From an uncultured Gemmatimonadales bacterium (lineage in GTDB: Bacteria; Gemmatimonadota; Gemmatimonadetes; Gemmatimonadales; Gemmatimonadaceae), in NCBI GenBank assembly GCA_963701965.1, contig OY969695.1, positions 2,016,001 to 2,080,000 on the forward strand: a DNA stretch of 64,000 nt, in the 5' to 3' direction. Position numbers and translations under genes: made by a program. The notes beneath the pieces are model-generated. The model saw nothing but the letters and a program-made list of their open reading frames with translations, ran no database searches and was not told where the DNA came from. Position 1 is the first letter of the stretch. Every line of letters begins with the position of its first letter. Positions 9,405-19,353 of this stretch are shown piece by piece.

Positions 9405-10920
9405 CGTCGCGCTCCATCGCGGCCTCGGCTTCGAGATTGCGATGATCCTCCTGCACGCTGGCCACGGCCAGCGTGCGGCCCCCAGCGCGGAAGAACACCG
9501 AACCCTTCCCTTGGGCGATCGTGGGATCGGCATCGGCCCGATCCCACCGCGTCGCGAAGCCCGAGTAGCGGATCGTGACGTCGTAGTGTTGGCTCCAGAA
9601 GAACGGCACGGCGTCGAATCGCTGGTGGGCGCCGAGGATGTTCTCGGCCGCGGCCTGACCCTGGCGCTCGGCGAGCACCCAATGCTCGATCCGCATCGAC
9701 CGCCCCGTGTGGGGATCGGGCCATCGCGCGATGTCGCCCGCGGCCCAGATGCCCGGCTGGCTGGTTTCCAGAAATTCGTTCACCACCACGCCATCATCGA
9801 CGTCGAGGCCCGCGGACTCGGCAAGCGCGACGCGCGGCCGGACGCCAACACCCAACACGACCACGTCGGCGCCAAGCGATGTCCCGTCGGCGAGCACGAC
9901 CGCGCCCGGGTCGATGCGCGCCACCCCCGCCGACAGATGAAACCGCACCCCGTGCCCTTCGTGCAGCCGGCGAATCATCGCCGAGAGATCCGGGCCCATC
10001 ACGCGCGCCAACGGCTCGGCGTCCACGGACACGACGTCCACGTCGAGCCCGCGCGTCCGGAGCGATGCCGCCACTTCCAGTCCAATGAAGCTCGATCCAA
10101 TCACCACCGCCCGCCGGGCGCCGCGCGCCGCGGCGATAATGGCGTCGCTATCGGCCAGCGTCCGCAAGCAATGGACATGGGATGCGTTGGCACCCCTCAC
10201 ATCCAGGTTGCGTGGCTCGGCGCCCGTGGCCAGCAGCAAGGCGTCGTAGGGGATGGCGCCGCCTTGGGCTAAACGCAGCTGGCGGACGGCCACGTCGATC
10301 GCGATGGCGGTGCCGCGGCGGATGGTAATTCCGTGTTCGTCGTAAAATCCCTCCGGCCGCAGCGGGATCCACTCGGCCTGGGCGTGCCCGTCGAGATAGT
10401 CCTTGGACAGGTTGGGACGGTCGACCGGCTCCGCCGCGTCCTGCTCCACGAGTGTCACCGGCCCGCCATAGCCGCGGCGCCGTAACATCTCGGCCGCCGC
10501 GGCGCCGGCGGCGCCGGCGCCGACGATGACCACCGACGACGGCTGCACGCGCGGGGCCCCGGCAGGCAATGGGGCAAGTGGGGCAAGCGGATCACGCTCG
10601 CGCTTCGCGCCGACGTAGACACGATCGCCGCGCCGCTCGACGGACCAACACGGGATGGGATTGAGCGCCGGCGCGCGCAGGGCCTCGCCGGTACGCAAAT
10701 CGAAGCAGGCGTGGTGCAGCGGACACCGCACGGTGTGCCCGACGATGAGCCCCTCGTTGAGCGGGCCGCTGTAGTGGGTACAGGCGGGGGCGACGGCGTA
10801 GACGTCGTCGCCGATCCGCAGGACCATGACGGCCTCTCCGTCGGCGTGACCCAGGTGCATGGCCGAGTCACCGAGCGTGTCCCAGGCGATGCCCTCTTGG
10901 CGAAGATCTGGTCCAGTCAC
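9391..10920 (-). CDS. Rieske [2Fe-2S]-fused FAD-dependent reductase (AIF/ferredoxin reductase family)
   Basis: Rieske motifs CTHY and CPLHHACF; GAGAAG, RPNLSKDYL, GSSFIGLE, AAGDIA and VPFFWS. Confidence 0.93.
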   Translation of the reverse strand: MTGPDLRQEGIAWDTLGDSAMHLGHADGEAVMVLRIGDDVYAVAPACTHYSGPLNEGLIVGHTVRCPLHHACFDLRTGEALRAPALNPIPCWSVERRGDRVYVGAKRERDPLAPLAPLPAGAPRVQPSSVVIVGAGAAGAAAAEMLRRRGYGGPVTLVEQDAAEPVDRPNLSKDYLDGHAQAEWIPLRPEGFYDEHGITIRRGTAIAIDVAVRQLRLAQGGAIPYDALLLATGAEPRNLDVRGANASHVHCLRTLADSDAIIAAARGARRAVVIGSSFIGLEVAASLRTRGLDVDVVSVDAEPLARVMGPDLSAMIRRLHEGHGVRFHLSAGVARIDPGAVVLADGTSLGADVVVLGVGVRPRVALAESAGLDVDDGVVVNEFLETSQPGIWAAGDIARWPDPHTGRSMRIEHWVLAERQGQAAAENILGAHQRFDAVPFFWSQHYDVTIRYSGFATRWDRADADPTIAQGKGSVFFRAGGRTLAVASVQEDHRNLEAEAAMERDVTPR

Positions 10921-11747
10921 AGCACCCCCATAAAGAAGGCCACCCCGAGACCCGCGAGAACCAGTACGCTGACAATGATCGCGATGCGCATCCCCCGACG
11001 ACGAGCCGAAATGGGCGGAGCCGAAGCGGGCGGAGCCGGCGCCGCACGCCGGAGCGTATCGGCCAACCGGGCGACGGTGGGATCAGGGGCCGCGCCAAAG
11101 GCTTGCGCCACCCGACCATCATAGACCCGCGCCAGGTCGAGCGCGGCGCCGCGCTGTCCGGTCGCCGCGAGAGCGCCCATCAGGCCGGACACGGCGCGGG
11201 CGCTCAGGGGATCGACCACGACCAGCCGCTGCCAGTAGTCGACCGCTTCGGTGGGGCGACCCCGCCCAGCCGCATCGCGCGCCAAATGCTCGAGCGCATC
11301 GGCATATGACCGCGCGCACCGGGCGGCCTCGACCTCCACCCACTGCGCAAACGCCGGCGCACGATCGATCACCACGCCGTCGAGTAGTGGTCCGGCATAG
11401 AGCCCCACTGCCTCCGACCACGCCTTTCGCTCGACCGCCGCGTCAAACGCCACGAGATCGAGCGATGCGGCGTCGGGATCGAGGGCGACAGTTGTTTGGT
11501 TCGCGACCACGGCCTGAGGCCCAAAGGTCCTCCGGGCTGCCGATAACGCCTGGTCGAGCAGATTCCGACCCCGGGTCGGATCGCGGTCAGGCCAGAAGTA
11601 TCCGATCAGCTTCTCGCGACTGGCGCCACCGCGGCCACAGGCGGCCAGAAACACCACGAGCGCCAACTGGCGCCGCTGAATCGGCGCCTCACACGACTCG
11701 CCGTCCCTCTGGATCGCCAGTCCACCAAACGCCTTTATGAGGCTCAG
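10917..11747 (-). CDS. AfsR/SARP-type (wHTH-BTAD) regulator with C-terminal transmembrane helix; start uncertain
   Basis: KAFGGLAI, REKLIGYFWP, LYAGPLLDG and DPLSARAV. The frame is open upstream of the TTG at 11666. Confidence 0.82.
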   Translation of the reverse strand: MSLIKAFGGLAIQRDGESCEAPIQRRQLALVVFLAACGRGGASREKLIGYFWPDRDPTRGRNLLDQALSAARRTFGPQAVVANQTTVALDPDAASLDLVAFDAAVERKAWSEAVGLYAGPLLDGVVIDRAPAFAQWVEVEAARCARSYADALEHLARDAAGRGRPTEAVDYWQRLVVVDPLSARAVSGLMGALAATGQRGAALDLARVYDGRVAQAFGAAPDPTVARLADTLRRAAPAPPASAPPISARRRGMRIAIIVSVLVLAGLGVAFFMGVL

Positions 11748-11762
11748 AAGCCACCTAACGAT

Positions 11763-11791
11763 AATTCAGGGGGAATTCAGAACCAATTGAG
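11763..11791. promoter_or_regulatory. Heptamer direct repeats with 11-bp period (SARP-type operator)
   Basis: AATTCAG (11763), AATTCAG (11774), AATTGAG (11785), followed by a -10-like TAGTGT at 11813. Confidence 0.6.
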
Positions 11792-11825
11792 TCGCGTTTG
11801 GGAAGCTAATCCTAGTGTCCTCGCC

Positions 11826-12293
11826 ATGTCAGACGAAACCGTCATCACAGGGCGAGTCGAGTGGGCTGGGAGCGGCGAGGTCGTCCCCGGCGCCATCGTG
11901 TCGATCTACACACTCGTCCCGGCTGGGCTGGTCGGTCGAGCGGAAGCGGATGAGAGCGGAGACTATTGGATGAAGACCGACCGACACTGGGCGAGCGCGT
12001 TCGACATTTATGTCGTCGTGCTCAGCCGCCGGGGTGAGCTCTTACAGGTCATAGCCGACGGACCGCGCTGGTTGAGCGGCGCGCGGTCCCGGCTGGACGT
12101 CGCGGTCAGGGGACGATGGCGCCGGTCCGGCCCCTCGGACGCGGTCCGCGCGGAGAGCGGCCCGTCCCCTCCGGCACCGCCCACCAAGTGCGCGATCCCC
12201 ACGGCCTTTTGGCCGTCGCATCACGCCGGGCGCGCCGAACCGCCGGAGTTTCTCGGCGGCGGCCGGGGCGTGCGTCGTCTCACTCTTCGCTAA
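11826..12293 (+). CDS. Hypothetical protein with carboxypeptidase-regulatory/transthyretin-like beta-sandwich features
   Basis: ITGRVEW..GEVVPGAIV..ADESGDY pattern; a TANNNT hexamer lies 7 nt before the ATG. Confidence 0.5.
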   Translation: MSDETVITGRVEWAGSGEVVPGAIVSIYTLVPAGLVGRAEADESGDYWMKTDRHWASAFDIYVVVLSRRGELLQVIADGPRWLSGARSRLDVAVRGRWRRSGPSDAVRAESGPSPPAPPTKCAIPTAFWPSHHAGRAEPPEFLGGGRGVRRLTLR

Positions 12294-12307
12294 GAGCGCG
12301 GGTACCC

Positions 12308-12703
12308 ATGGATGCATCCGAGGCGATTGTCGCCGGACTCGCCGTCGATGATCGCGCCGTACGACAAATCCGGAGTGCCGTTCGGGACGTGCACATCTGC
12401 CGGCGATCCAACGAGCTCTTGGGATTCGTGGCCTCGACGCCCGGTGTCGTCGCCGTGATTACCGAGCTGTGGGATCTCGATGGGCGTCCGGTCGCGTCCG
12501 CCGTACGCCATGTGCGGCGCACGCACGCCGAGCTCCCGATCATCGCGTTCTGCCGGCTCACACCACACACGGCGCGCGAGCTCGTCACCCTGGCCGCCGC
12601 CGGGATCTCGGCGGTCGCCCTGCGGGATCAGGAAAACCTAGGGGATCTGGTCCGGGGCGCGATCAGACGCGAAACCGGCTCGCGACTGTCCGAAGGCGCG
12701 TAG
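12308..12703 (+). CDS. Receiver-like domain protein without output domain (possibly truncated)
   Basis: [27 protein letters not shown] fits a CheY-like topology. The 3' end overlaps the convergent MCP gene. Confidence 0.5.
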   Translation: MDASEAIVAGLAVDDRAVRQIRSAVRDVHICRRSNELLGFVASTPGVVAVITELWDLDGRPVASAVRHVRRTHAELPIIAFCRLTPHTARELVTLAAAGISAVALRDQENLGDLVRGAIRRETGSRLSEGA

Positions 12704-14366
12704 CGCTGTCCGCCAGGTGCGCCGCGGTCGCGGCGACCTCCTGGGCCGTCGCCGCGGTCTGCTCGGCCGCCGCCGCCGCGCCCTCGGCGCGCGAACCTTG
12801 CTCATCGGCCTGCCGGGTCGTCGCCTGCACCTGGGCGATCAAGATTCCGACCGCCTGCCGGCTCGTATCCGCGGCCGTCCCTACCGCTGACGCAATGACG
12901 CCCGTACCCGCGACGGCGCCGTCGATAGCGACCAACGCTTGTGACGTCGCGTCCGACACCTGGTTGACATCGCCGATCTCGGTGACGCTGGCCCGATAGC
13001 TCTGCGAGGCGGCGACGAACTGATCCCGCATGCCGCGGACGATCCGCGCCGCCTCGGTGGCCGCCTCACCGCTCTGGGTCGCCAGCTTGCGCACCTCGTC
13101 GGCGACGACGCCAAAGCCGCGTCCTTGATCTCCGGCACGCGCCGCCTCGATCGCCGCGTTCAGCGCCAGGAGATTGGATTGCTCGGCGATCTCGCGCACG
13201 CGATCGACGAAGGTCTGCACCGTCTCCGCGGTGGCCCGCAGTTGATCCACGCCCTCGCCCGACGTCCGCACCACGGTCGCCAGGCGGTCCAGCGTCAGCA
13301 CGGCCGTCGACAGTCCATCCCGCACCCGCGACGCACCCGCGCGGACTTCGTCGCCGAGCTGGCGTGCTTGCGACGCGGCCTCGGACAGCCCGTGGGTCGA
13401 TCGCGTGACGTGGCCGATGGCCGCGCCCGAGGCGGCGAGGGACTCGCGCTGGGCGGTGGCCGCGGTGGCCACCATCTGGACAGCCTCGCTGATCTCGCCC
13501 GTGGACGCCGCGGTGGCCGATGATGCGGCGGTCAACGCCGACGCCGCATCGGCCACGTCATCGGCCTCGCGCTGCACTTCCGCGATCGCCACGCGAAGGC
13601 GCGAGGCCGTATCGGCGAACGCGCGGGCGAACGCCGCGTACTCGTCGTCCAATCCGTCCGGCGCGATCCCCACGCGCAGATCGCCGTCGCCCAGGGCCCG
13701 CGCCGCGTCGGTCAGCCGCACCAGCGGCCGCGTCACCGCGCGCACGGTGTTGCGCGTGGAAAAGATGCCCAACCCCAAGCCGATCACCAACAGACCCAGC
13801 AGCGCCAGCCGCCACTGGGCGACAAGCGACTCGGCGCGCGCCAACGTCACCGCCGTCCAATGGTTCTGCGCTCCGCCAATGAGATCGGCCGCATCGAACA
13901 GCGTGTCGACCGTCTGCATCGCCAAGGTCGCCTGCCGAAAGGCGTCGGCCGGCCGGCCAATGTCCCGATAGGCCCGCGCGACCGCGAACCGCACCTCGAG
14001 GGCGCTCTGGGCCGCGCCGATCCGCTCGAGCGTGACCCGCTCCGCCGTTCCCAGCGAGCTGGCTTGCACCAGCCCGTCGCGCTCGTCGGCCGCCGAGGCC
14101 GTCAGGGAATCGAGGCGGCGCTCCCGCAGGGAGTCGGAGACGCCGGACGCCGGCGCCATGAGCACGGCCTGCGACAGTGCCACGAACCGCAGCGTGGCAT
14201 CGCTGGCGCGCGACAGGCGCCCGCTGACGTTGGCTTCCTGCTGCATGCCGCGCTGCAGATTGGCGCGCACCGCGGCGAGGGCCACGATCCCCAACCCTCC
14301 ACAGGCCACGAGCGTGACCAGCACCGCGCCAAATCCGAACCGCAGCCGGTGGCGAACGGCGCTCAC
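12663..14366 (-). CDS. Methyl-accepting chemotaxis protein
   Basis: Two TM helices, a HAMP domain, and [37 protein letters not shown]. Confidence 0.95.
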   Translation of the reverse strand: MSAVRHRLRFGFGAVLVTLVACGGLGIVALAAVRANLQRGMQQEANVSGRLSRASDATLRFVALSQAVLMAPASGVSDSLRERRLDSLTASAADERDGLVQASSLGTAERVTLERIGAAQSALEVRFAVARAYRDIGRPADAFRQATLAMQTVDTLFDAADLIGGAQNHWTAVTLARAESLVAQWRLALLGLLVIGLGLGIFSTRNTVRAVTRPLVRLTDAARALGDGDLRVGIAPDGLDDEYAAFARAFADTASRLRVAIAEVQREADDVADAASALTAASSATAASTGEISEAVQMVATAATAQRESLAASGAAIGHVTRSTHGLSEAASQARQLGDEVRAGASRVRDGLSTAVLTLDRLATVVRTSGEGVDQLRATAETVQTFVDRVREIAEQSNLLALNAAIEAARAGDQGRGFGVVADEVRKLATQSGEAATEAARIVRGMRDQFVAASQSYRASVTEIGDVNQVSDATSQALVAIDGAVAGTGVIASAVGTAADTSRQAVGILIAQVQATTRQADEQGSRAEGAAAAAEQTAATAQEVAATAAHLADSATRLRTVASRFRV

Positions 14367-15466
14367 GGCACGACCTCGCCAATGGTGACCGCCTTGTCCA
14401 CGGCATCGCCACCGTGCGCGCCGAATCGGATCATCCCCGTGACCCCGGCGAACGGCGGCGCGCTCGCGATCCAGTCGCGCACCTTGGTGCGATCCGCTCC
14501 CGCGGCGCGCACGGCCTGGCCGATGAGCGAGGCCGCGTCATATGCCAATGCCGCGCGCTGATCGGGCGGCGTGCCGTACTGGTGGCGGTAGGCCGTCTCG
14601 AATGCCCGTACGACGGGACTCGCGGAGCCGGCATCGTAGAACGCCGTGAAGCGGAGACCGGCGAACTCGCGCGCGGTCGACGGCGCCGTCAACGCGCTCA
14701 GATCGTCGCTCCCGAGGACGCGCACGCGGCTTCCAGCGCGGCGCACCGCCCGCACAATGTCCTCGGCGTCGGGCGCCGACCCGGCGATCACGAGGAGGTC
14801 GGCATTCCGGCGGGCCATGCGCACGGCGTAGGCGTCGTACTCGGTGATCCCGTGGAGATAGGGATCGCGCTCCAGCAAGGCAAGGTGATGCGCGGCCAAC
14901 TCGTCGGCGAACGCGCTGGAGAATCCGCGGCCGAAGAGGTCATCGCGATAGAGGAGCGCGATCCGGACGGCGCGCATCGAGTCGACGGCGAACCGCGCCA
15001 GGGCGCGGGCCGACGCGTTGTCGGTGGGGCAGACGCGGTACACCCAGTGCGTCGTGCGGGTCACCCACCAGTTGGTCGCGGTCGGCGTGATGGCCAACAG
15101 GGCGTGCCGTCCGCCGTGCTCGGCGTCGGCATAGATGGGCGCCGCGGCCATCGTCGCGGCGCTCCCGGTGTGCCCGACGACGGACACCACGGCCGGGTCG
15201 TCGCGAAATGCGGCCGCGATCACGATATCGCCGACGTTGCGCGCCGGCAGCCGGACGGCCAACGGCGGCGCGCCGGTCGGTCGCGTGGCATTGTAGGCCC
15301 CGAGTGCCAGCCGGACGCCGTTCACGTAGGCCTCGCCCACACCGCTGTCGCTGCTGTAGGCGACGCCGACGTAGACGCTGTCAGCCCCGCGGCGGATGCC
15401 GGCCCCGGACGCGGACGAACATCCTATCACGAGTACGACGCCGAGGCATCTGAGCGAGGAGAACAT
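14363..15466 (-). CDS. LivJ/K-like (branched-chain amino acid type) substrate-binding lipoprotein
   Basis: Lipobox VIGC; VVGHTGS, YRVCPTD, AYDAA and [10 protein letters not shown]. Confidence 0.88.
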   Translation of the reverse strand: MFSSLRCLGVVLVIGCSSASGAGIRRGADSVYVGVAYSSDSGVGEAYVNGVRLALGAYNATRPTGAPPLAVRLPARNVGDIVIAAAFRDDPAVVSVVGHTGSAATMAAAPIYADAEHGGRHALLAITPTATNWWVTRTTHWVYRVCPTDNASARALARFAVDSMRAVRIALLYRDDLFGRGFSSAFADELAAHHLALLERDPYLHGITEYDAYAVRMARRNADLLVIAGSAPDAEDIVRAVRRAGSRVRVLGSDDLSALTAPSTAREFAGLRFTAFYDAGSASPVVRAFETAYRHQYGTPPDQRAALAYDAASLIGQAVRAAGADRTKVRDWIASAPPFAGVTGMIRFGAHGGDAVDKAVTIGEVVP

Positions 15467-15531
15467 TCAATGTGGGCTGATCTCCAGTTGGACGGTGGAA
15501 CCACGGCGTCCGCAACCGGATTGGGAGCAGA

Positions 15532-16143
15532 ATGCGACGGACCCTCGCGGTCTTCCTCCTGGCCGGCACGGCGCTGCTCGGCGCCGGCGCCGGCCTGCAC
15601 CCCATGCTGGCGGCCAATGCATCGGCGACGCTGGGCATGATCGCCGCCTCGGCGCATTTCCGGGCCATTCACCTGGCGATGCTCGCGGGATCGGCGTTGG
15701 TGATGACCGGAGCCTGGGTCCGCATCTACAATGGGCCGGCCGACGCCGGACGCCGGTTCGGACCGGCGCTCGGCATCATCGTCGTCGGCTTCGCGCTCAA
15801 TGCGTATGACATGGCGTTCATGGCCTCCGCGGGTGTCGGGCTCGCGTCGCGATTCTCGGCCGGCAATGTGGGCACGGTCCCGCTCTTCGACGCGATGCAC
15901 GCCATCGGGCTCATGTATGCGCGTTTCGGCAACTTCCTCGTCGCGCTGGGCGCCCTGCTGCTGGGGGCGGCGGAGTGGCCCACCCGGCAATGGTCGGCGA
16001 TCCTGGCCTGGGGCGCGGGCATTGGAGGACTCGTGGGCGTGGTGGCGTTCCCCGACACGAGTCGGCTCATCCTCGCGGCCGTCGCGCTCTTGTCCGGGTG
16101 GCAGGTCGTCACCGCCATCTGGGGGCTTAAGTTAGAGACATGA
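15532..16143 (+). CDS. Hypothetical integral membrane protein
   Basis: About six hydrophobic segments, GGAG RBS, and overlap with the downstream start. Confidence 0.7.
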   Translation: MRRTLAVFLLAGTALLGAGAGLHPMLAANASATLGMIAASAHFRAIHLAMLAGSALVMTGAWVRIYNGPADAGRRFGPALGIIVVGFALNAYDMAFMASAGVGLASRFSAGNVGTVPLFDAMHAIGLMYARFGNFLVALGALLLGAAEWPTRQWSAILAWGAGIGGLVGVVAFPDTSRLILAAVALLSGWQVVTAIWGLKLET

Positions 16144-17300
16144 TGGAGTCGGATATCCGTCTGGCGTTGTTCTGCGACAGTTATCTCCCGCAGGTCAATG
16201 GCGTGTCGTTTCTGCTGGAGCGACTGGTCCATGCGCTGCGCGCGCGGGGCGGTGCCGTGCGGGTGTATACCACGACTGACCCACACGCCGGGATCGAACC
16301 GGATGTGCGGCGGTGGCCGAGTCTCGAGTTCTGGCTCTACCCGGAGCATCGGTTGGCGCTGCCGACGCCGGCATCGGTCAAACGCGAGCTGGAAGCGTGG
16401 CGGCCGACGCTCGTGCACGCCGCGAGCCCGTTCGGCCTGGGACTCGGCGCCCGCGCCGGAGCGAAGGCCCTCGGCCTGCCCTTCGTGACGTCGTACCACA
16501 CCAGTTGGAGCGCGTACACGAAGTTCTACGGCCTCGGCGCCCTGAGCGCGTTCGCGTGGCGGTACATCCAATGGTTCCACAACAGTGGCGATCGTACGTA
16601 CTGCCCGACGCACGCGGTGCGCGAGGAACTGGAGTCGCACGGGATCCGGCGGACGGCCATCTGGTCCCGCGGCGTCGATACGGCGCGATTCACGCCGGCG
16701 GCGCGGTCGGCGGCGCTCCGGGCGCGACTCGGCGCCACGGACCGCACGGTGGTGTGCGCCTACGTGGGGCGACTGGGCGCCGAGAAGGGATTAGCGCTCG
16801 CCATGACGGGCATGCACCGCGTCATGGCCCGGGCGGGTGGAGACGTCGTGTGCGCGATCGCGGGAGACGGACCCTTCGAGGCCGAGTGCCGCCGGCTGGC
16901 GCCGCCGGGCACGGTGTTCACGGGACGATTGATCGGCCGGGAGTTGAGCGAATTCTACGCGTCGGCGGATGTGTTCATCTTCCCGTCGACGACAGACACC
17001 TTCGGCAATGTCGTGCTCGAGGCAATGGCGTCGGGACTGCCGGTCATCGGCGCCGACGTCGGACCGACGCGCGAGCTCCTCGGCCGCGCGCGGGGCGTCG
17101 TCTTTCCGCCGGATGACGAGGCGGCATTCGCCGAGCGGGTCCTCGAGCTGGTCACCGATCATCCGCGCCGCGCGGCGCTGGCGCGCGAAGCGCTCGCCTA
17201 CGCGCGCACGCGGACGTGGGACGCGGTCTTCGACGAGCTGTTCGCGGACTATTTGCGCTTGAGCAACGGCGGCGCGCCGGCGGCGGCCGCCGTAGCCTGA
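16140..17300 (+). CDS. GT4 glycosyltransferase (MgtA/PimB-like)
   Basis: Motifs DSYLPQVNGV, SYHT, RGVD, YVGRLGAEK and TDTFGNVVLEAMASGLPV. Confidence 0.93.
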   Translation: MMESDIRLALFCDSYLPQVNGVSFLLERLVHALRARGGAVRVYTTTDPHAGIEPDVRRWPSLEFWLYPEHRLALPTPASVKRELEAWRPTLVHAASPFGLGLGARAGAKALGLPFVTSYHTSWSAYTKFYGLGALSAFAWRYIQWFHNSGDRTYCPTHAVREELESHGIRRTAIWSRGVDTARFTPAARSAALRARLGATDRTVVCAYVGRLGAEKGLALAMTGMHRVMARAGGDVVCAIAGDGPFEAECRRLAPPGTVFTGRLIGRELSEFYASADVFIFPSTTDTFGNVVLEAMASGLPVIGADVGPTRELLGRARGVVFPPDDEAAFAERVLELVTDHPRRAALAREALAYARTRTWDAVFDELFADYLRLSNGGAPAAAAVA

Positions 17301-17306
17301 ACCGCG

Positions 17307-17945
17307 CTAGGCGGCGGCTTCGGCGAGGACCGCGCTCGCGACTTCGACCAAGTCGCAACCATCCTCGCTCGCTTCTTCTTCCATGAGCCGCAGCGCATCG
17401 GCCGGCGTGAGTCGCGTGCGCTCGACGATCTGGGCGACCGCCCGCTCGACGATGTTTCCGGTAGGGGCAGCCTCGGCAGGGGCGGGCTCGGCCGCCGGCT
17501 CTTGAGCCTCGGCCACGGGCTCCTCAACCGGCATCTCGATGTCGGGCTCGGGCTCGACCACTTCGAGGGCGAGGGCTTGGGCGGCGCTGATGACGCTCCG
17601 CACGTCGGCGTCGAGCTCATGGTCATCGGCCGTGGCGCACCCAAGAGCCACAGCGCCCCAGTTCGGCCGGGCCGATCGCTCGGCGGCTATTGGGTGGTAG
17701 GAGAGCAGTAGCGCCGCGGTCCCGGCCCGGGCCCGCGTGGCCGTGATGGCCGTGTGGACGCCGAGTCCATCGCTCAGGTGGGTCCCGAGCACGAGGGCAT
17801 CCGGCGCCGATGTCGTGACCGCGTCGAGCGCCTCGTGCACGGTGGCGACCTCCGCGACGACGTCATAGCCGAGCGCCGCCAACCGCAGCCCGACCTTACG
17901 CGCCCGCGCCAGCCCCGACTCCGCAACCACAACCCGTAGCGACAC
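17307..17945 (-). CDS. ANTAR-domain protein with degenerate receiver domain
   Basis: Receiver-like N-terminus and an ANTAR-like C-terminus IVERAVAQIVERTRLTPADALRLM...LVEVA. Confidence 0.72.
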   Translation of the reverse strand: MSLRVVVAESGLARARKVGLRLAALGYDVVAEVATVHEALDAVTTSAPDALVLGTHLSDGLGVHTAITATRARAGTAALLLSYHPIAAERSARPNWGAVALGCATADDHELDADVRSVISAAQALALEVVEPEPDIEMPVEEPVAEAQEPAAEPAPAEAAPTGNIVERAVAQIVERTRLTPADALRLMEEEASEDGCDLVEVASAVLAEAAA

Positions 17946-18050
17946 TGCCTAACCCTCGTTCATGCTGTGTGACACGAACATAGTCAGTCAGAAAGTCGCA
18001 CGAAGTGACTACCGTCACACTGACCGCCACCCTCGTGGCCTTCCTTTAGT

Positions 18051-18434
18051 TCAAGACGATTCGACGAGGGCGAAGGTATTGCCGTAAAGATCACTAAACA
18101 CAGCTTGCACGCCCCAGGGCTGGGCGGTGGGCGGTTCGCTGAACTTCACGCCCCGCGCGGAGAGTATCTCGTAGCTGGCGCGACAGTTACGAGTGCCGAG
18201 GACCCATGTGGGCCCCTGTCCGATCCGCGACGCGCGGTCGCCGGTGGCGCGTTGCAGGACGATCTCCACTTCTTCGCCTTTGCTGCCGACGGTCACCCAC
18301 CGTTCGCCGTGCGGCAGGGGGACGTCGAGGCGCTTCTCGAACCCCAGGATCCCGGTGTAATAGCGAAGGGCCTCGTCGTAGTCCCGAACGTAGATGGCGA
18401 CGTGGGAAAGCGTGACCCCGGTGTCGTTGGGCAT
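18051..18434 (-). CDS. VOC/glyoxalase family protein
   Basis: HVAIYVRDYDEALRYY..LGFE, RWVTV, PWGVQAVFSDLYGN. Confidence 0.9.
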   Translation of the reverse strand: MPNDTGVTLSHVAIYVRDYDEALRYYTGILGFEKRLDVPLPHGERWVTVGSKGEEVEIVLQRATGDRASRIGQGPTWVLGTRNCRASYEILSARGVKFSEPPTAQPWGVQAVFSDLYGNTFALVESS

Positions 18435-18448
18435 ACGCGCGCCGGTGG

Positions 18449-18901
18449 TCAACGCACGGGGGCGTGCGAGAGGCGCTCGAGCCGGTCGATCAGCTCCTGC
18501 CGCTCTGGCCCGGTGAACAACGCCACCACATCGCGCTCCTCGGCCTCGAGCAGTTGTTTTGCCTCGGCATGGCGCGTTGCGCCCGTGGCGGTGAGCTGGG
18601 CCCGCACGCTGCGGCGATCGGACGGGTCCTGGGCCCGTGACACCAATCCCTCCGCTTCGAGGCGATCGATCAGCGCGGTCATGTTGGATTTGACACAGGC
18701 ATTGCGCACTGCCAGCTCGCCGAGCGGCAGCGCCGTGCCGGCCCGCACGAGATTGTCGAGCACGTGGAACTTCGGCAGCGACAACCCCACCGTGGTCAGC
18801 ACGGTTTCCAATCTCGCTTCGCAGGCGCTGGCCGCGCGAAAGAGAGCCGGCGTCACTCCTGGCGCGGGTTCGCAGCCTGCGGCTACCGCCCTATAGTCCA
18901 C
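18449..18901 (-). CDS. MarR family regulator
   Basis: SNMTALIDRLEAEGLVSR..DRRSV..LTATG. Confidence 0.88.
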   Translation of the reverse strand: MDYRAVAAGCEPAPGVTPALFRAASACEARLETVLTTVGLSLPKFHVLDNLVRAGTALPLGELAVRNACVKSNMTALIDRLEAEGLVSRAQDPSDRRSVRAQLTATGATRHAEAKQLLEAEERDVVALFTGPERQELIDRLERLSHAPVR

Positions 18902-18924
18902 CTATGAACTGTACCCACTGCCCC

Positions 18925-19242
18925 CTACGCCGTCAACCCGGACCGACAGCACCCGCGGGTACCCCGTAGGAGCCAACACACCGCGGCCACGACCAGGATC
19001 ACCGGCAGGAAGACAAACAGCGCGACTTTGAGCAGTGCCAGCGCGATGCCGAACGCCACCAGGAGCAGAACGAAGATCACCAGTGGTATCCCGATCGCCG
19101 CCAGTACCAGAAGCAGCGGCACGCCCACGATGGCCGCGGTAATCGCCAACGGTACGCCCAGGAACACGAGCACGGCGCCCACCGGTAGCAGCACGCACAA
19201 CGTCAGGAAACCCCACACCGCCATCCGGATCAACCCGCCCAT
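18925..19242 (-). CDS. Small hypothetical membrane protein
   Basis: Almost entirely hydrophobic, with a GAGGGG RBS. Confidence 0.65.
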   Translation of the reverse strand: MGGLIRMAVWGFLTLCVLLPVGAVLVFLGVPLAITAAIVGVPLLLVLAAIGIPLVIFVLLLVAFGIALALLKVALFVFLPVILVVAAVCWLLRGTRGCCRSGLTA

Positions 19243-19353
19243 AACTCACCCCTCGTCATATGCGTATGAGTCGCCATCTGGTACGCGGCCAACCGGCGGG
19301 AAGTTTCGCCCGAACGAGTACCGAAAGAGGCGGCCGGCGACTAGCGTTCGAGC

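Noticed and set aside
7465..10272. 935-aa plus-strand ORF and other long alternative-frame ORFs (for example 48001-50061, 39040-40779, 40161-41870)
   Set aside because: These are Arg/Gly/Pro-rich shadow frames of well-supported genes, expected at high GC.
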